64,000 bases of DNA, from positions 10,860,698-10,924,697 of the forward strand of contig OZ037765.1 in NCBI GenBank assembly GCA_964035545.1, written 5' to 3'. The notes under the pieces were generated by a model that made no database searches, was not told the DNA's origin, and worked only from the letters and a program-made list of their open reading frames with translations. The translations under genes were made by a program, and so were the position numbers. Each line of letters opens with the position of its first letter. The first letter of the stretch is position 1. This stretch comes from Bugula neritina (lineage: Eukaryota; Animalia; Bryozoa). Of the stretch, positions 1-13,780 are shown one piece after another.

Positions 1-380
1 TGGTATATTAAATTATAAAACATCAAAGAATCCGTTATTTCAACAGCAGAATTTCTCACACCTATTTATGAATCAATATTTTAAAAAGGTGCATTATCAC
101 TTTTCCAAATATAATAATATAAAGTCAAGCAATAATAAATAGGCAAGCTAAAAATATGAATTATAGGGCACATTTGTGCCTAAGGGCTTCTTAATTAATG
201 AAGCTATTTATATAGTCCATGTCTACCATTTGTTTTTTGCCATAAGTCAAATAGAGAAAGCTTGAAATAACTGTAAGAGAAAAGTTCTATGGCAGCATTG
301 TACTTGCCCTGCAAGTGCTGTATAAATCTATCTCAGTCTTATCTTCAGCATTACCCGATTTTTTTCAGTAAAGTTAAAGC

Positions 381-667
381 CTTACCCCTTAGCCACGTTT
401 CCCCCCCCCCTCCGTGCACCGTAGGCCGTAACGTAAAATATCACCTATTTTTACAAATGTCTGAGCTTCCTGTACAGCTCTGCTTAATTCAAGCAAGTTG
501 CGGCGGGCTCCTATTGGACAAAAATTCATTGGATATAAATGTCCAATGAGGTGTCATAGATCGTACCCAATAGATCACTTTGAGAACTTCAGCTCGGACA
601 CATTAAAAATGGCTGACATTTTATGTTACGACCTACGGTGCGGCAAAGTGTGTCTAGGGGGGTAAAG
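381..667. mobile_element. MITE-like foldback element with imperfect terminal inverted repeats
   Basis: gcaccgtaggccgtaacgtaaaatatca (416-443) is the reverse complement, with 3 mismatches, of tgacattttatgttacgacctacggtgc (614-641). Weaker complementarity extends outward (ttacccc 382 / ggggtaa ~665) and inward. No coding capacity. Confidence 0.65.
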
Positions 668-3600
668 TGTTATGAAAGCAGGTGAATGATGGAATATATA
701 GCAAAATAGAACTATCTAGAACCAGTTCCGGCTATTGAGATCTTATAGTTATTACACACATAGGCACGTCTAGCAACTTATATTTAAAGTCAGCTTTCTC
801 CTTTTTCTACCTATGATTTATTGCTGCCTGATTGCTGACAAATTGTATAACTTGATTTCTTTAGCAGGTAGAGTTTTGCTTGTGCTGTCTTGGAGCAGCT
901 CGCAAAATAAATACAGAATACTGTCTTCCCAATATTCTGTGCCATAGCACTGTAGACCTCAATGCTTTAAATCAACATAAATATATCGTCTATCAAAAGC
1001 TCTTAAGGTTTTCTCAGCTCCCTCTACCAGCAGCTCTATAATCACAGTTCCAGTCTATCATCTTTATTACCATTCCTTCACATCACAAAGCATCTTCTGA
1101 TACCATTATTATTATTCAACTGCTGTTTATTATAACTATGCCAGTATTTAAGAAAAGAATTTCAATCACGAAAGCTGATGAATTGCTGATCTCTTCGACA
1201 TGTAATTCTTTGAAAAAAATACTTCAAAAGACCAACTCTGAATACTGACAATAATGCAGGCAGTATGAAAGTATTCAAAGAGGAATTTTAACTTCAGAGA
1301 TGAGTTATGATAAAGCTATCACATTGCAAAATGTGCGTAATAAGTTATGCTCTCTTTGAATAAGTTTTCTGCTTGCAGCAAAATCTGCACACGTATTGGT
1401 TTATTAATATATAGTTATAAACAATAACATAGAAAGCTATTATCTCTAGCCATTTGAAGCTGAGGTAAAGAAGTGTACAATTTAGGTGCAAAACTGTAAT
1501 GTATCTAAAGGATGATGTTAACAACATATCTACAATTTTTTTAGGTTTAGCTAAACTAACTTATGCTGGCACACATACAATGGATGCCAACACTTTGAGC
1601 TAAGTCATGATCTAAAAATGAGAAAAAACTGTCTAGCCATGCATGTGTAGTCTTGAAGTTGAGTTTTAAATCTATCACATCTGTCTATTCTCTGCTACTA
1701 ATGTTTGCTCTAATTAGTACTAGTATATAACACACTACAATATTAAAAGGAGGAGTAGTCATTGTTATGACTATGTTATGAGATGCAGCTGATTTCAGGT
1801 GTATAAAAGTATTTTGCAAAACTGAATATACTTAAGGAATAAAATATATAGATCTTACTAATATAACTAATACTATCAGCTAATAGTTAACAGATCTTAG
1901 TAAGCCAAGAACAATTAATTGCTTACTTTTCATAATAGTTTAATTGAAAAATCGTTATTATTTTGAAATGTATAATGCCACATTAGTGTTACAATGATCG
2001 GTGCTTTGGGAAATTATTATATATACTGACTTTATTTACATATTAAATTCATGCAATATGCTATGAAGCTTCACATCTTATTACATAATTTGATAAAATG
2101 TAATATTTTAGTAGTGAACTTCAATTAAGTCTTGTGAAAATACAGTGTTATCATTGCTTTATTCTGCCCTACCTGTTAGGGATCTGACTGAAGTTAATTG
2201 TACTCTGACATTATATAAACCACTACTTCTAGGTGTGTACATTATCCCTCCTACACTGTTACATAACTTGATGATAAAAGTTTGTTGCACTCTGTTTATG
2301 CAATCCTACTAATGAACTGGCTTAGACTAATGAGGTTTCTCATGTTGCACACTGATGAAACATGCTGTACAACTGTTGTACAAGTGTATCAAATAACTAT
2401 ACTAGGGAACCTTTAATCTATTTCTGATTTGTTTGGGCTTCCCTTTTCTCCAAACAGAAAAGTTGTATTGTATACATGGCCTATTTTTATTACATGTATG
2501 TTTATTGATCTTATATTCAATGTTATTGTCTATAAACAAGATTATTTCACTTATCTACTAGCCTAAGAACTAGAACTTTTGTAACATAATGCTCATTTTT
2601 TGCTATGACATTGGTTCAGTTAAATTGTAGTAAAAAAGTTGGATAGGTAATTTACCCTTTTGACAAAAATACCATCTTCAACTTTTTTGGCTGCAAAATT
2701 ATCTTGCTTTAAAAAGTCTACTGACTGCATTGGAATATAATTTTTCAGGTCATCTAACTAAGATTGTCAATGGCTGCCGTGAACTTATATTCATGTAAGA
2801 ATAAAAACATACACTGCAGAGGTGCTAAAATGATAATTTGCAAATGCCATTGGAACTATTGTTGCACAGTAATTCAGTAACTAAATACAAAAATGAGAAA
2901 CTATATTGTATAGTAATTGTACACAGTTGCTATTTATCTTACATAAAAAGACTAGATTGATAAAAGACTTTTAAGGCAGTGTCTTTGTCACTGATACATA
3001 GTATTTTAAGTATGCTACTTACATTTCACATGAGGGTACTAATTCATAAAAAAAACTTAGCTACAAAATTCATACTTTCCTCACATGTTTCTAAAGCAGA
3101 TATGTTGTAAATAATTGCAAATGTTCAAAAATCTTTGTACTGAGTAATCAGAAATATTTGCAAAAAAATCTCTCAATACCAAATACACTGACATTTTTAC
3201 AAACCGTGTTTTGCTTTCACTGGTGTGCAGATACCTCTCTGGTTTATAGACACCTGTTCCACACCCAAATGATCGGTTGATGTCATCTTCCTTATTACGC
3301 ATTCATATTAAGAAAAGTGCAAAGATATTGATGTTTTTCCTACTGCATGGTTTGTTCATTGATCCGACAAAATAGTTACTTAAGAGCTCGTCAAAGCTGC
3401 CGGGCTGCCACATGTGCAATACTAACCGCTGGGTTTTTTCTTCCTTCGGCTAAATTCATTATTGAATTTATGATTTAGGGATTACTGGCAATATTGACTT
3501 ATCTTTCACTTTCAGACTTCTATTGGTAGTGTACACTCTATCACTAGCCATAGGCAATGTTTTAAGCTCCACTAACCGCTTCTTTGTGGTACCAGAATAC

Positions 3601-3690
3601 TATAACAAATTAACGTCATAACATTACGTGACATTCTTACAAGTCATCTATCATGGTTGTGAACAGAATTTAGAATATTATAAAGGCTTC

Positions 3691-3928
3691 GTTTAAGGAG
3701 CAGCGGTGGTCTAGGGGTTAGAGCGTTTGGCCTAGCAAACACGAAGCCATGGGTTTAAACCCCAGTAAAGGCTATTTGTGATGTTAAGAAGAGCATCTAG
3801 TCATAATTTATCCCGTGCCACATATGAAGTCCTTAACTCCTTAAGTCCTTAACCCATTTTAACAAAAAAAACCTTTCCATCAGGGGTTCCTCACAGGAAT
3901 GGCCACTATAAACTTGTGTGAGTCTTTT
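3691..3928 (+). mobile_element. tRNA-derived SINE, copy 1, with 13-bp target-site duplication
   Basis: A-box-like tggtctagggg and B-box-like gggtttaaaccc. Body shared with copies at 38775 and 51884 (gatgttaagaagagcatc...aacctttccatc...ctataaacttg). Flanked by ttataaaggcttc at 3678-3690 and 3929-3941. Confidence 0.85.
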
Positions 3929-6900
3929 TTATAAAGGCTTCTTTCGCCAGAAATAGGCAGTGTAAATTGTAATTATTAGCAAGCCTAAGCAACTTAATCA
4001 AATTTAATGATAACATGAAACAAATTTCATCAGTAGACCTATTTCCTGTATTGTATTAGTTGTAGTATTATTTGCAGTAATACTGAATGATGTTATAAGA
4101 ATCTGTCTAGTTTTACGTCCCGATGCATATTTTCCAATTTCATTGTTATTTTACATGTATTTTCTAGACTCCGGTTTCAGGAGGAGCGTTTTTAAACTTT
4201 GAGTTGATTTTTAAATTGTTGTAAACTAGCGATGTATAATGCGTACAGTAGCATATGTGTTGCAGCATAAATAACCCACTAGATTGAATGCTTGAAGCTC
4301 GCTATTGCAGCAAATTAGGAGTAGCACATTGGAAATACTTGGCCATAACTTTCAACATAAAATAGCCTATAGTTTACGGTGAGGAAAGGTAAGCTCAACC
4401 AGTGCACTAGCATACTAAATGAATTGTAGCTGATGGTGCAAACAGCAAAGTATAATACAGCCAAAGGCATTCTATTCTATTGTTGCATTGATTTTCAGAC
4501 CGCTGTTGGCTTATCAGCTATAATATACTATGGCTATATTACATCACTAAAACTCAAAACTAAATTAAGCTAATGGTGCAGCTGTTGGCCTTTGTATACT
4601 TCAATGGTGTGTTTATTGTGCTGTGTTATTGTTATAATATTATTCTGATACGCGGTATTATAGCACACTGCTATAGTAGGCGAAAGCATAGGGAGGACAA
4701 AAATATTGTGGTTATATAGTGTAATCAGCAATGCATTATAGCCAGCAGTATATTGAGTGAATGACTATAAGATTATACTGCATAATATTATAAAAATTAA
4801 TATTTGACTCCAGGCAAGGAATAATTAGGTTATATGCCTCACATGCATATTTACACCAGCTACAGTGGCGCTGTGTTAAAGCCAATTAGTAACTTTGCTA
4901 CATTATTCATATACAACTAATTAGGTTATGCTAAGCCCAGCTTGTGAATAGAATCAGAAGCACCAGAAAATATTTTGTGGGCCTCTACTTTTTTGTTTAG
5001 TCTTATTTTTTCTTATGATTATATTAATTTTTCTGTAAATAGAACACTTTCTGATGAATAAGCCAGATAACTAATTTCATTAACTCTAGAGTTAAAGATT
5101 TTATTGCTTCACACTCGGGCCCTTCTTCATGCTAGAATGTAAAATAGATGCAAATCATGAATATCGAGCTTTTGAATAAGTCACCAATTATTTGGCTTAC
5201 TTCTTTTTTTGTACGTCTCTTTGATTAACAAAGTTTTAATGGGATTTACTTGCATTATACTCAACTCTTGCAACAACAAACTAATCAACTATCCTGCTCA
5301 TTCACTACTGAGCTTATTATTATGATCTTATAATAGCAAACTGTACTCCAGAGTTGCATTGAATTTCAACAGCTATGCATTATGCTTTTATTGACTGCTT
5401 AATGGCTAGCAGTTTTAAATAATAGTGAAAATAATTTGATACGGTCAGAATAATAAATACAGCCTTTCTGAAACCTACAATAGCATTTGTATGTAATGTA
5501 AACAAATGTAAATACATCAAAGTATGACATAAGGACCCTGCTTTTTAAACTCGAATATTCCTGCAAAAAACTTTGTATGCTATTGCAAGCATTTAATTTT
5601 AGCATTTTAAACTTCAGAAACTTCAAAATAAATTGCCAAGATACGCTATGCACCACACAGAACTGTTTTGAACAACATTTAGCATTTGTATTGTGGATAT
5701 CTCATAACTATGTAATTATTGAAGTAAAGTTCTAACTTTTCCTTTTTTTACCTTCAGTTTACCCCAGCATTTAATATAATAATATGTTCCCTAGAGTTGG
5801 AGAAACATTTCTGTTATAAAGACACAATACTAAAATGTTTAGCACGTACAACCAGACCTGAACTTTAACTACTGAATCATCACTTAAATGTAATTATGAT
5901 ATATAAATAATATGCTTAAAGCATAAAAATATATTTCTAAATATAGCCAACAGAAAAGTTACTAGAACTTAAGTTAGCTGCTTCTTTTCTAATGAACAAC
6001 TGAATTACACTAGGTGTACATTTCTAATGATATTCTTCCACGAAGATGATTACTTTACATTATAAGCAAAATGTGACCTCGTCATTTTATAAGCTGTTTG
6101 ATCATGCAGAATTTGTTAAGGTTTGTTAGCCCCTATACAATAAAGTAGCTGTCACTTAATATACCGTAATTACTAACCGAATAGGATATTAACTTTGAGT
6201 TTGTAGTGGTGCTAAAAACAGTAGTCATGATTACTAGCTTCTTTGCTAATTGCTAATAACAAGCTGCTATCAACTGAAGAATTTAAGCTTCTGCCAATTT
6301 ATTTATCATTTTTCAGTTAACATATTTATTAAAAATTAATAGCAGCGTGCAGGTTGCAAAATAGTTCTATCAATACAATTTTGCTAACTAGATTGCTGCT
6401 ACTTATAAATTAATTATTTCATGTGGCATCGGTTGCATAATACATCTTATTTGCTACGACAGTCAGCTAATCTAGAATGTACTAAGAAGCAGTCTGCACA
6501 GATTAAGAGAATCATTAACCCCAGCATCCACTTCACTTATTTCACTGACATCTGTTGTCAGCTAAAACTCTCTGCTGACAGCTTAATAATCACCAATATC
6601 TAATGATCTTATCTAGTGTTGATTAAAAATAGTGCTAAAATTTTTAATTTGCCTGAAGACAAAAACTAGAGGCGAAATATTTATAACTATCTTTCTTTGT
6701 AACAAAATAAGCTGTTACGTTAAATAAAGAAGGCAATTTGTTGAATTGCAAGACTCTGATAAGCAGAGAAAGTATTTAAATTAACAGCAGCCAAGTCTGC
6801 TTATTAATGATAAAATGAAAATATCACTTCCGAGCCATAACCAATTTCTCCAGCTTTTCAACTATTAGGAGAAGGGAGGGGAGAGGGAGGGGTGCTACTG

Positions 6901-9900
6901 CCTAGATTTTTATATGTCTATAAAGAAATAGTAAATTATGTCGCTAGTTTAAACTCACCCCAATTGCTAATTCTTAGTTAGAGTCTCTGGCTTTGTTGGT
7001 CTATCAATATTCTGTATCTAAGGCTCAGTAATCTTGGGAATCTAGTAGCTTTGTTACAAAAAAAGTAAAAATATGGTGGAATATAATATCAAGATGCCTC
7101 TATAACAGTTACAGGTGGAATTATTAGAGAGAGATATAGCAAACAAAGAGGAAGGTATATAATTATTAGTATATTAAGTATATTATGCAAGACATAGGGG
7201 AGCAATCAAAGCACATGTGAGAAGTTAAAATGTTGAAATGCCAACTATTTAAAGAGTTTTCATTGGTTCCACGATAGGTTTACATTACAGGCTCTAAAAT
7301 TTGTTTAATAGCAGAGCCATATTTACGCACAAAACAAGTTACCAAGTCATATTTTGCACTGCAATTGAAAAATATTAGTTATAACTAAAGCTTTTTCACA
7401 ATTTCAAATTAAAAATCAAGGTTTATAATATTAATTTATACTGTTTGAAACTTAACAAAACTCCCAAAGCCTTAAGTATTCCAAAGGATTTAAAGACATG
7501 AATGAATGAAGTGCTATAGTTTTCTGTGGACATCATGCCATGCAAGCATCATATATATTATAACAACTAACGATTATGAAACTATACAAATTATAGATGC
7601 TTTAATAACGAAAATAACTGAAATAGATACGGGCAACTAAAAAATGTGGGTAGACTATACTCAGGCTAATACGGCCTTGACATAGGTAAGCGCAACTAAT
7701 TGTAAGATGTAAAATATGTAGATATTCAAATTTATGCTTCAATATCATATGCCACGATAAAAAGCAGTATCTAAATATAAGTTCACTGAGTTTGTTATAA
7801 TTTATTATGCAGATATTAATGCAGAACTGCACATCTATACCCACTCGCACAGCTGACAGCTATTATTAACAGAGATTATTGTTTATCAAATATCAGCTCT
7901 CTTGTAATTCTCTAATTATGTAATGGTATAATTATTGTAAATACATACAGAAAGTATAATTTAGCACAGTTTATAAATACGTAATAGATACCCTAGACTA
8001 CCTGAGTATTGAGAAGGTGGGTGCAAAAAGCTACTTTTCAACAAGTCTGAACTCCTAGTATAAGAAGTTGTTGGCTGAAAGCAATAATTGTATCTCTCAA
8101 CTCAAGCTCTAAATTAACCTTTCAACGCTCTATCATAAAAGTGGTCAGAAATTCTTCTTGCAGTTATTTGTGAATGTAAAATTATTGGCATGCTGTTTTA
8201 CAGCATTGACTTTCAGTGGTGACCATAACTAATAATTTATCACCAATTTTGCACATGAGCTAGCTATGTTACACTATGCCGCTAATTAGTGCTTACACAG
8301 AGAACTTAGAACTCATTAACAGAAACCACCAAAATACAGTTTCAAAACAGCAATGCTAGTGAGGGTTGACTCAGACACTAGAAAATTTGTGGCAGTAAGT
8401 GACACCATTTGCCACTCGCAGTCAGGAGAAATGAAATAGACACCCTAAAATACATGTAGTTGACTGTAAGTGCAAGTTGCAAATTTGGCAAGGGCATAAG
8501 TATTGCATATTGCATTACATCTGCATATAATTTGAAAATGAAGCCAATAACTTATGTTGTCTTCAAAAGTTAGAAACAACATTTATGATGTTGACTTGAA
8601 TGTGAAAAAATAAAAAACTTATGTGAAAAAATAATAGAAACCAACAGTTTTCTTTTGTTTCATAGATATTTATGGTATATGAAAAACTGTTTGTATTGAG
8701 AATAAGGCACTTTCAATTTAAACTAAAATGATTAAATAAAATTGACAGTGACAAGTAAGTTAAAATATACATTTCTGTACTCAATATGCTACTGCTGCTA
8801 CTTAAATTTGTCCAATAAGGCGAAGTGGATCATTTTCTAAATTACAAACAAGCCGCCACACAACAAAACCCATTGATTTAAATATTCTTGTTTGTAATAT
8901 TCTAAGTTCAAAGCTTTTATTCAATCACACATGGAAGCTGAAGGGACCATCAACTAGTTAACTAGTTAAATAAGAATTGATTTTTCTTATATTTGATGCC
9001 AGTTCATAATGCTAAAGACGGAACTACTGAGGTTATGAGCTTTTAGCTTCCCAATAACCACACGCTGACCAGCATATTTGCAGCAACTTAAAACTTTGAA
9101 ATTATATGTTCAGATGCTTAGGAATAGCAATAAAACAAAGAATGTGTTTTAATTTTGTTTCAGTTCACCTTATAGTCAACTAAAAACAGGATGCTATTTT
9201 TTTCCAAATACTCTGTTGATATTCTATATAAGGGCCAATCTAAAAAATCTGTCGATTAGTCATCGTGGTTGGTTGAACTTGAAAGTCTTTAGAGACCTTC
9301 ATAGATGTGCTATTCAACAAAAAACTCTTTTAAATGCAAATTGCTGAATGTATATCACGCATAAAGTGGCAACAATCATCAAGTAATACACAACTTCCCT
9401 AGGGATTTGTCTGTCATGATGGATAAATAGCGCTACCCTTCTAAAACTTATCATTATTCTGACAAGTTGATCTACTCACAGCTCTAATAAACCTAGTAAC
9501 ACACAATTATTACACTAACTGAAGGCGGCTTATGCAAATAATTCTAAAAGATCAATAAGCTAACAGGGATTCGATTTGATTAGGCCCTCGAGTGGGTTTG
9601 AGGGTCTTCACTACTGCTTGTAGTACCAAACTGTTTTCCACGTGATTGCTTTAAGGAAAATTAGACTTCTGAATTTTACTATTGTTTTCAAACTGACTTA
9701 CTTACTATACAGCATTTTGCTTATACCATAAGTTGAATGCATTAGTAGATTTGATCATAGGAAATCAAATGACTGGCATGAACAGTACTGATATAACACA
9801 GAAAATTAGTTTTTCAATACCCTCCAATTCTTTCTTGAGCAGCGTTGATTTAGGTTGTAACAAAGCATTTATTAGTTCTTGTTAATTAGTAATTATTACT

Positions 9901-10296
9901 CACCTGTGTCTATTATTAGTTATTGACAGATGAGCTTCACTCTAAATTGCATGGATTGTAGCGGTTCCAATGTATTTGTTCTCTCTTGGGTATTACACAC
10001 GCTGCATCTTTCCTCATAATGACGGCGATATCACGTATATAAAGTAGTGTGTTGGAAGAAGTAGTGGGCTACAGATAAGGAGATGTATATCCATGATCTT
10101 ACATAGTAGTAGAAAAGTCTGAACATGTAGCCTTTATGTAAAAACCCTGTCATGTGAAAAGTAAACAACAATATAAATATTGAACAGCTACTAAAGTTAC
10201 TTTTCATTTCTTCAGTTTTAGTACACTTGGTTTTGCATAGCCATTTACAAATAATATAATATATCGACTAAACTATTGTTGCTAGAAGCACATCGT

Positions 10297-11961
10297 CTAC
10301 ACATCAGTTTCTAGACTGTTAACAGAGTTAGCTTTTCCTCGGTTTAACCCAAAGTTATGATTCGGCAAGAGTGTCAATTTACTTTGCTCATCAACTCTAA
10401 GGGGCACAGATTCATGTTGCTGCAAATCGTCATTGTGGGAAGAATGTATTGATAATGTAGACACCTCAGGCTTATTAGAGAAGTTGGGGCAAGCTGGCAT
10501 TGGCTGTGTGGCTGGTTTATCATCGCTATCAGTTTCTCGATGGTAAAAATAATTAAAGTTTGATACTATAACTGGTACTGGAAGAGCAATCATGAGCACT
10601 CCTGATACTGCACAGAAAGAGCCTACCAGCTTACCCCACGGTGTGGTTGGCCTCATGTCTCCATACCCCACAGTTGTCATTGTCACCACAGCCCACCAAA
10701 ACGCATTTGGTATACTTTTAAAATATGTTTGATCGCTATCAGCTTCAGCAAAGTAAACAGCACTAGAAAACAGTACTACACCAATAATTAGGAAGAAAAT
10801 AAGTAACCCAAGTTCTCTAAGACTGGCTTTCAGTGTTTGTCCAAGGATCTGTAATCCTTTAGAATGTCTGGATAGCTTGAAAATTCGGAATACTCGCACC
10901 AGTCTAATGACTCTTAGAATAGCAAGTGACATAGCTTGATTACTACCACTACTACTTTTCTGAGTCTGGTCATCAGCAATTACCGTACCTAAGGTAATAA
11001 AATAAGGCACTATAGCCATAATGTCAATTAGATTCATAATATTCTTGAAAAATCCCAGCTTGTCAGGGCTAGATGAAAATCTTATAAGCAGCTCCGAAGT
11101 AAACCATATGATACATGCTGTTTCTATTACAAAGAATGGCTCATTGAATTTGGGTACGTCATCTTCCATTATTATTTCTATATCTTTTGTAATGTTGCCC
11201 ACAACAGCTGTTTGATTGACTACTTTGTAGTGCTTGTATTCTGGAAGTGTCTCAAGACAAAATGTTACTATTGATAAAAGAATAATTACTACACTAAGAA
11301 TGGCAATACATCTTGCAGCCATTGAGCTTTCAGGATATTCAAATAATAGCCATATTTGCTTCTGAAAATTGTTTTCAGGGAGTATTTTCTCTTCTTCTTT
11401 GATAAATCCTTCGTCCTCTCTGAATTTCTCTATTGTACTATCACCTAACTCATAAAACTTTATTTCTTCTAAAAAGACATCCAATGGCACATTGACAGGT
11501 CTCCTCAATTTTCCAGAACTTTGGTAGTAATACAAAATTGCATCGAAGCTTGTTCTGTTTCTATCAAAAAAGTACTCATTTCTCAATGGATCGTAGAATC
11601 TGTTACGTTTTTCAGCATTGCCTAGAAGAGTCTCGGGAAATTGTTTCAATGTGTTTAGCTGTGTTTCATACCGGAGTCCGCTAACGTTAATAACAATCCG
11701 TTCATGTCGATTTGTTACTTGGCGTAGAGGTGTTGGAGATTCACATCCTAAAGGTTCTTCATCAGTTAGTTTAGAAAGAGACCTGGAACGAGAGACAGGA
11801 ATATGGTTATTAGTTGAATCATGCAGACTAGTTTGTCGAAGTTTATCATGCCTGTGCTGAACACCTCTTAGTGCTGGATACGTTGAGAGGTATATCTGGT
11901 TTCCTTTACTGTCTATTCCTCGCTCATTGTACCCTGCCATTGTTGCCTCCATAACCTGCAT
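10297..11961 (-). CDS. Shaker-family (Kv1/KCNA) voltage-gated K+ channel alpha subunit, intronless CDS, 554 aa
   Basis: T1 domain ([14 protein letters not shown]...NEYFFDRNR), S4 [24 protein letters not shown], filter [10 protein letters not shown]6 [19 protein letters not shown]-terminal PDZ ligand ETDV. N-terminal MEATMAG and SRSLSKL resemble Aplysia Kv1. The true start may be the second Met. Confidence 0.98.
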   Translation of the reverse strand: MQVMEATMAGYNERGIDSKGNQIYLSTYPALRGVQHRHDKLRQTSLHDSTNNHIPVSRSRSLSKLTDEEPLGCESPTPLRQVTNRHERIVINVSGLRYETQLNTLKQFPETLLGNAEKRNRFYDPLRNEYFFDRNRTSFDAILYYYQSSGKLRRPVNVPLDVFLEEIKFYELGDSTIEKFREDEGFIKEEEKILPENNFQKQIWLLFEYPESSMAARCIAILSVVIILLSIVTFCLETLPEYKHYKVVNQTAVVGNITKDIEIIMEDDVPKFNEPFFVIETACIIWFTSELLIRFSSSPDKLGFFKNIMNLIDIMAIVPYFITLGTVIADDQTQKSSSGSNQAMSLAILRVIRLVRVFRIFKLSRHSKGLQILGQTLKASLRELGLLIFFLIIGVVLFSSAVYFAEADSDQTYFKSIPNAFWWAVVTMTTVGYGDMRPTTPWGKLVGSFCAVSGVLMIALPVPVIVSNFNYFYHRETDSDDKPATQPMPACPNFSNKPEVSTLSIHSSHNDDLQQHESVPLRVDEQSKLTLLPNHNFGLNRGKANSVNSLETDV

Positions 11962-12542
11962 CTTGTATTATCCAACTTATTAGAATCCAATGTAAAATCA
12001 TTTACACACGGCCAGTAGCAGTGCTAGTTGTACTGTGCTGATTGAGCACCGCCTAATTGAGCAAGACCAGCAATTACAATCAACTCTTTTACTTTCGAAG
12101 CAAATGCTGCAGCAGTACACTGTGCCGTGCATGGTCTACACTCAATGGCACTTGTATCTAAACTATACACAGGTCTGCAGTTCAACAATGGGCTTTTCTA
12201 GCACTATACATGACGTATAGGGAATTACCCGATATTGCCTCGCAGTTCATTGGATAGTTTTTTATGTTGATTGACAAATGCTACATTCTGCATGATAATT
12301 AGAGCATAGTATACACAACTCCCAATCACAATACGTTTCTAGTAGAGCAGCCTACTACTTCTTAGGCCTTTAAGCATTTATTGATATTGCTATCATATTC
12401 TGCAAGCTCATAGGTTGTAAATGCTGGTTATATTGAAAACAAAATGATAAAATTTTTCTTATAATCTACTTATTAGCAAAAGGGTAGTTGAGTGGTTTTA
12501 GACAAATAAATTGCAAAAAGGAGCTGCTATGCTACACACGAA

Positions 12543-12597
12543 TGTGTGTGTGTGTGTATGTGTCTGTCTGTCTGTCTGTCTGTGTATGAGAGAGAGA
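12543..12597. repeat. Compound microsatellite (TG)n(TGTC)n(GA)n
   Basis: Directly visible: tgtgtgtgtgtgtgtatgtgtctgtctgtctgtctgtctgtgtatgagagagagaa. Confidence 0.9.
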
Positions 12598-13262
12598 AAA
12601 ATTGGAAGGATATACACACTGAATAAATCAAGATGTAGCCTAGTAGCATCAGAATAGCCAAGAGCAGCTGACAAAAACACAACTATTGCAAATTCCTGTA
12701 CTATAGTTTAGAATAATGGGATGCAACTTTCACCAAAGCTGTGTCTAACTAAATGCAGCTATTATTAGCCCTTTCATTACATTATTACCTAGACGGTAAA
12801 AATTTAAAAAATCCAACTGTATTGATTACAATATTGAGCATAATAATATTGTGAATGATTGTCATGGCTATAATTAAACGCATCCAAATATACTGTATTA
12901 ACTACTTTTCTTATTGTGTACAATACACACTCAGAGCGTGGTTGAGTTATTTTCTCAACAATAAAGTGATGAGTCCCAACCTATGAAGTGTTGTAAATTT
13001 TAGTAATGTTTTAAAAGATATTTAATACTGAAGATATTGCATAATCATCTAATCTTTTTACTGAGGTACATTTTCAGGAATCACCAACAGGCTGTAGGGA
13101 CATCAGTTTTGGAACTATTTTATTAGAACATGCTCTATTATTCTATGTGCATCCAAGTAGTAGCCTAGTAATCAGCAGTGCTTGTGTCGTGCTGCAATTA
13201 TGTAGTAACAATATTATGTTATATAATTAGAGTAATGCACATGTTTATTAAGAGTTGCTTAC

Positions 13263-13780
13263 CCAAACAAGTGCGAAATTATTCTACGTTTTGCGTACTT
13301 TTATGTATCACTACGCTGATTGTAACAATTAAATAAGTTTAAGATGATAACTATAGCATTGTAATAGTATTGAAAATGCCAATTTATTACTTAAAATAAA
13401 TTTTAATATTGTATTTATTTTATTTTTAAATTTTTGTCAAACAATTTTATTTGAGCCGTCATGTCCGACAGGCGTTAATTCCAATTTTACTCACGAAATC
13501 GAAAGCGATGAGACAATGAATTCTTACAAGAACCATCATCAGGCCAATTGCTTATAGTTTCAAATTTACGTTAATTTTTGAATTTTTATATATTGATATC
13601 ATATTTAGTTGCTCTTTTTTAAAGTAAAAATGTTTTTAGTATAAATTCCTGTTAATAAGAGATGTGGCGAAAGTAAAGTGACTATTAATTTGAAAATAGA
13701 AGTGAAATAAAATTTTCATTTTCATTTTGGTAAACTAATCAGTAATCTAAAGACTAATCATTGTGATGGCGTTGCCGTGA
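13263..13780. promoter_or_regulatory. Putative divergent promoter region between Kv1 (-) and SNRNP70 (+)
   Basis: Minus-strand donor GG|GTAAGC (13257-13262) and acceptor ttttcaatataaccAG (12424-12425) suggest a Kv1 5'-UTR intron. The region is locally CpG-richer. The SNRNP70 ATG exon is preceded by an acceptor, implying an upstream non-coding exon. TSSs cannot be seen. Confidence 0.35.

Noticed and set aside
3697-3775. tRNA gene
   Set aside because: A/B boxes present, but the acceptor stem is poor and it continues into a body shared with two other copies, with a TSD: a SINE head.
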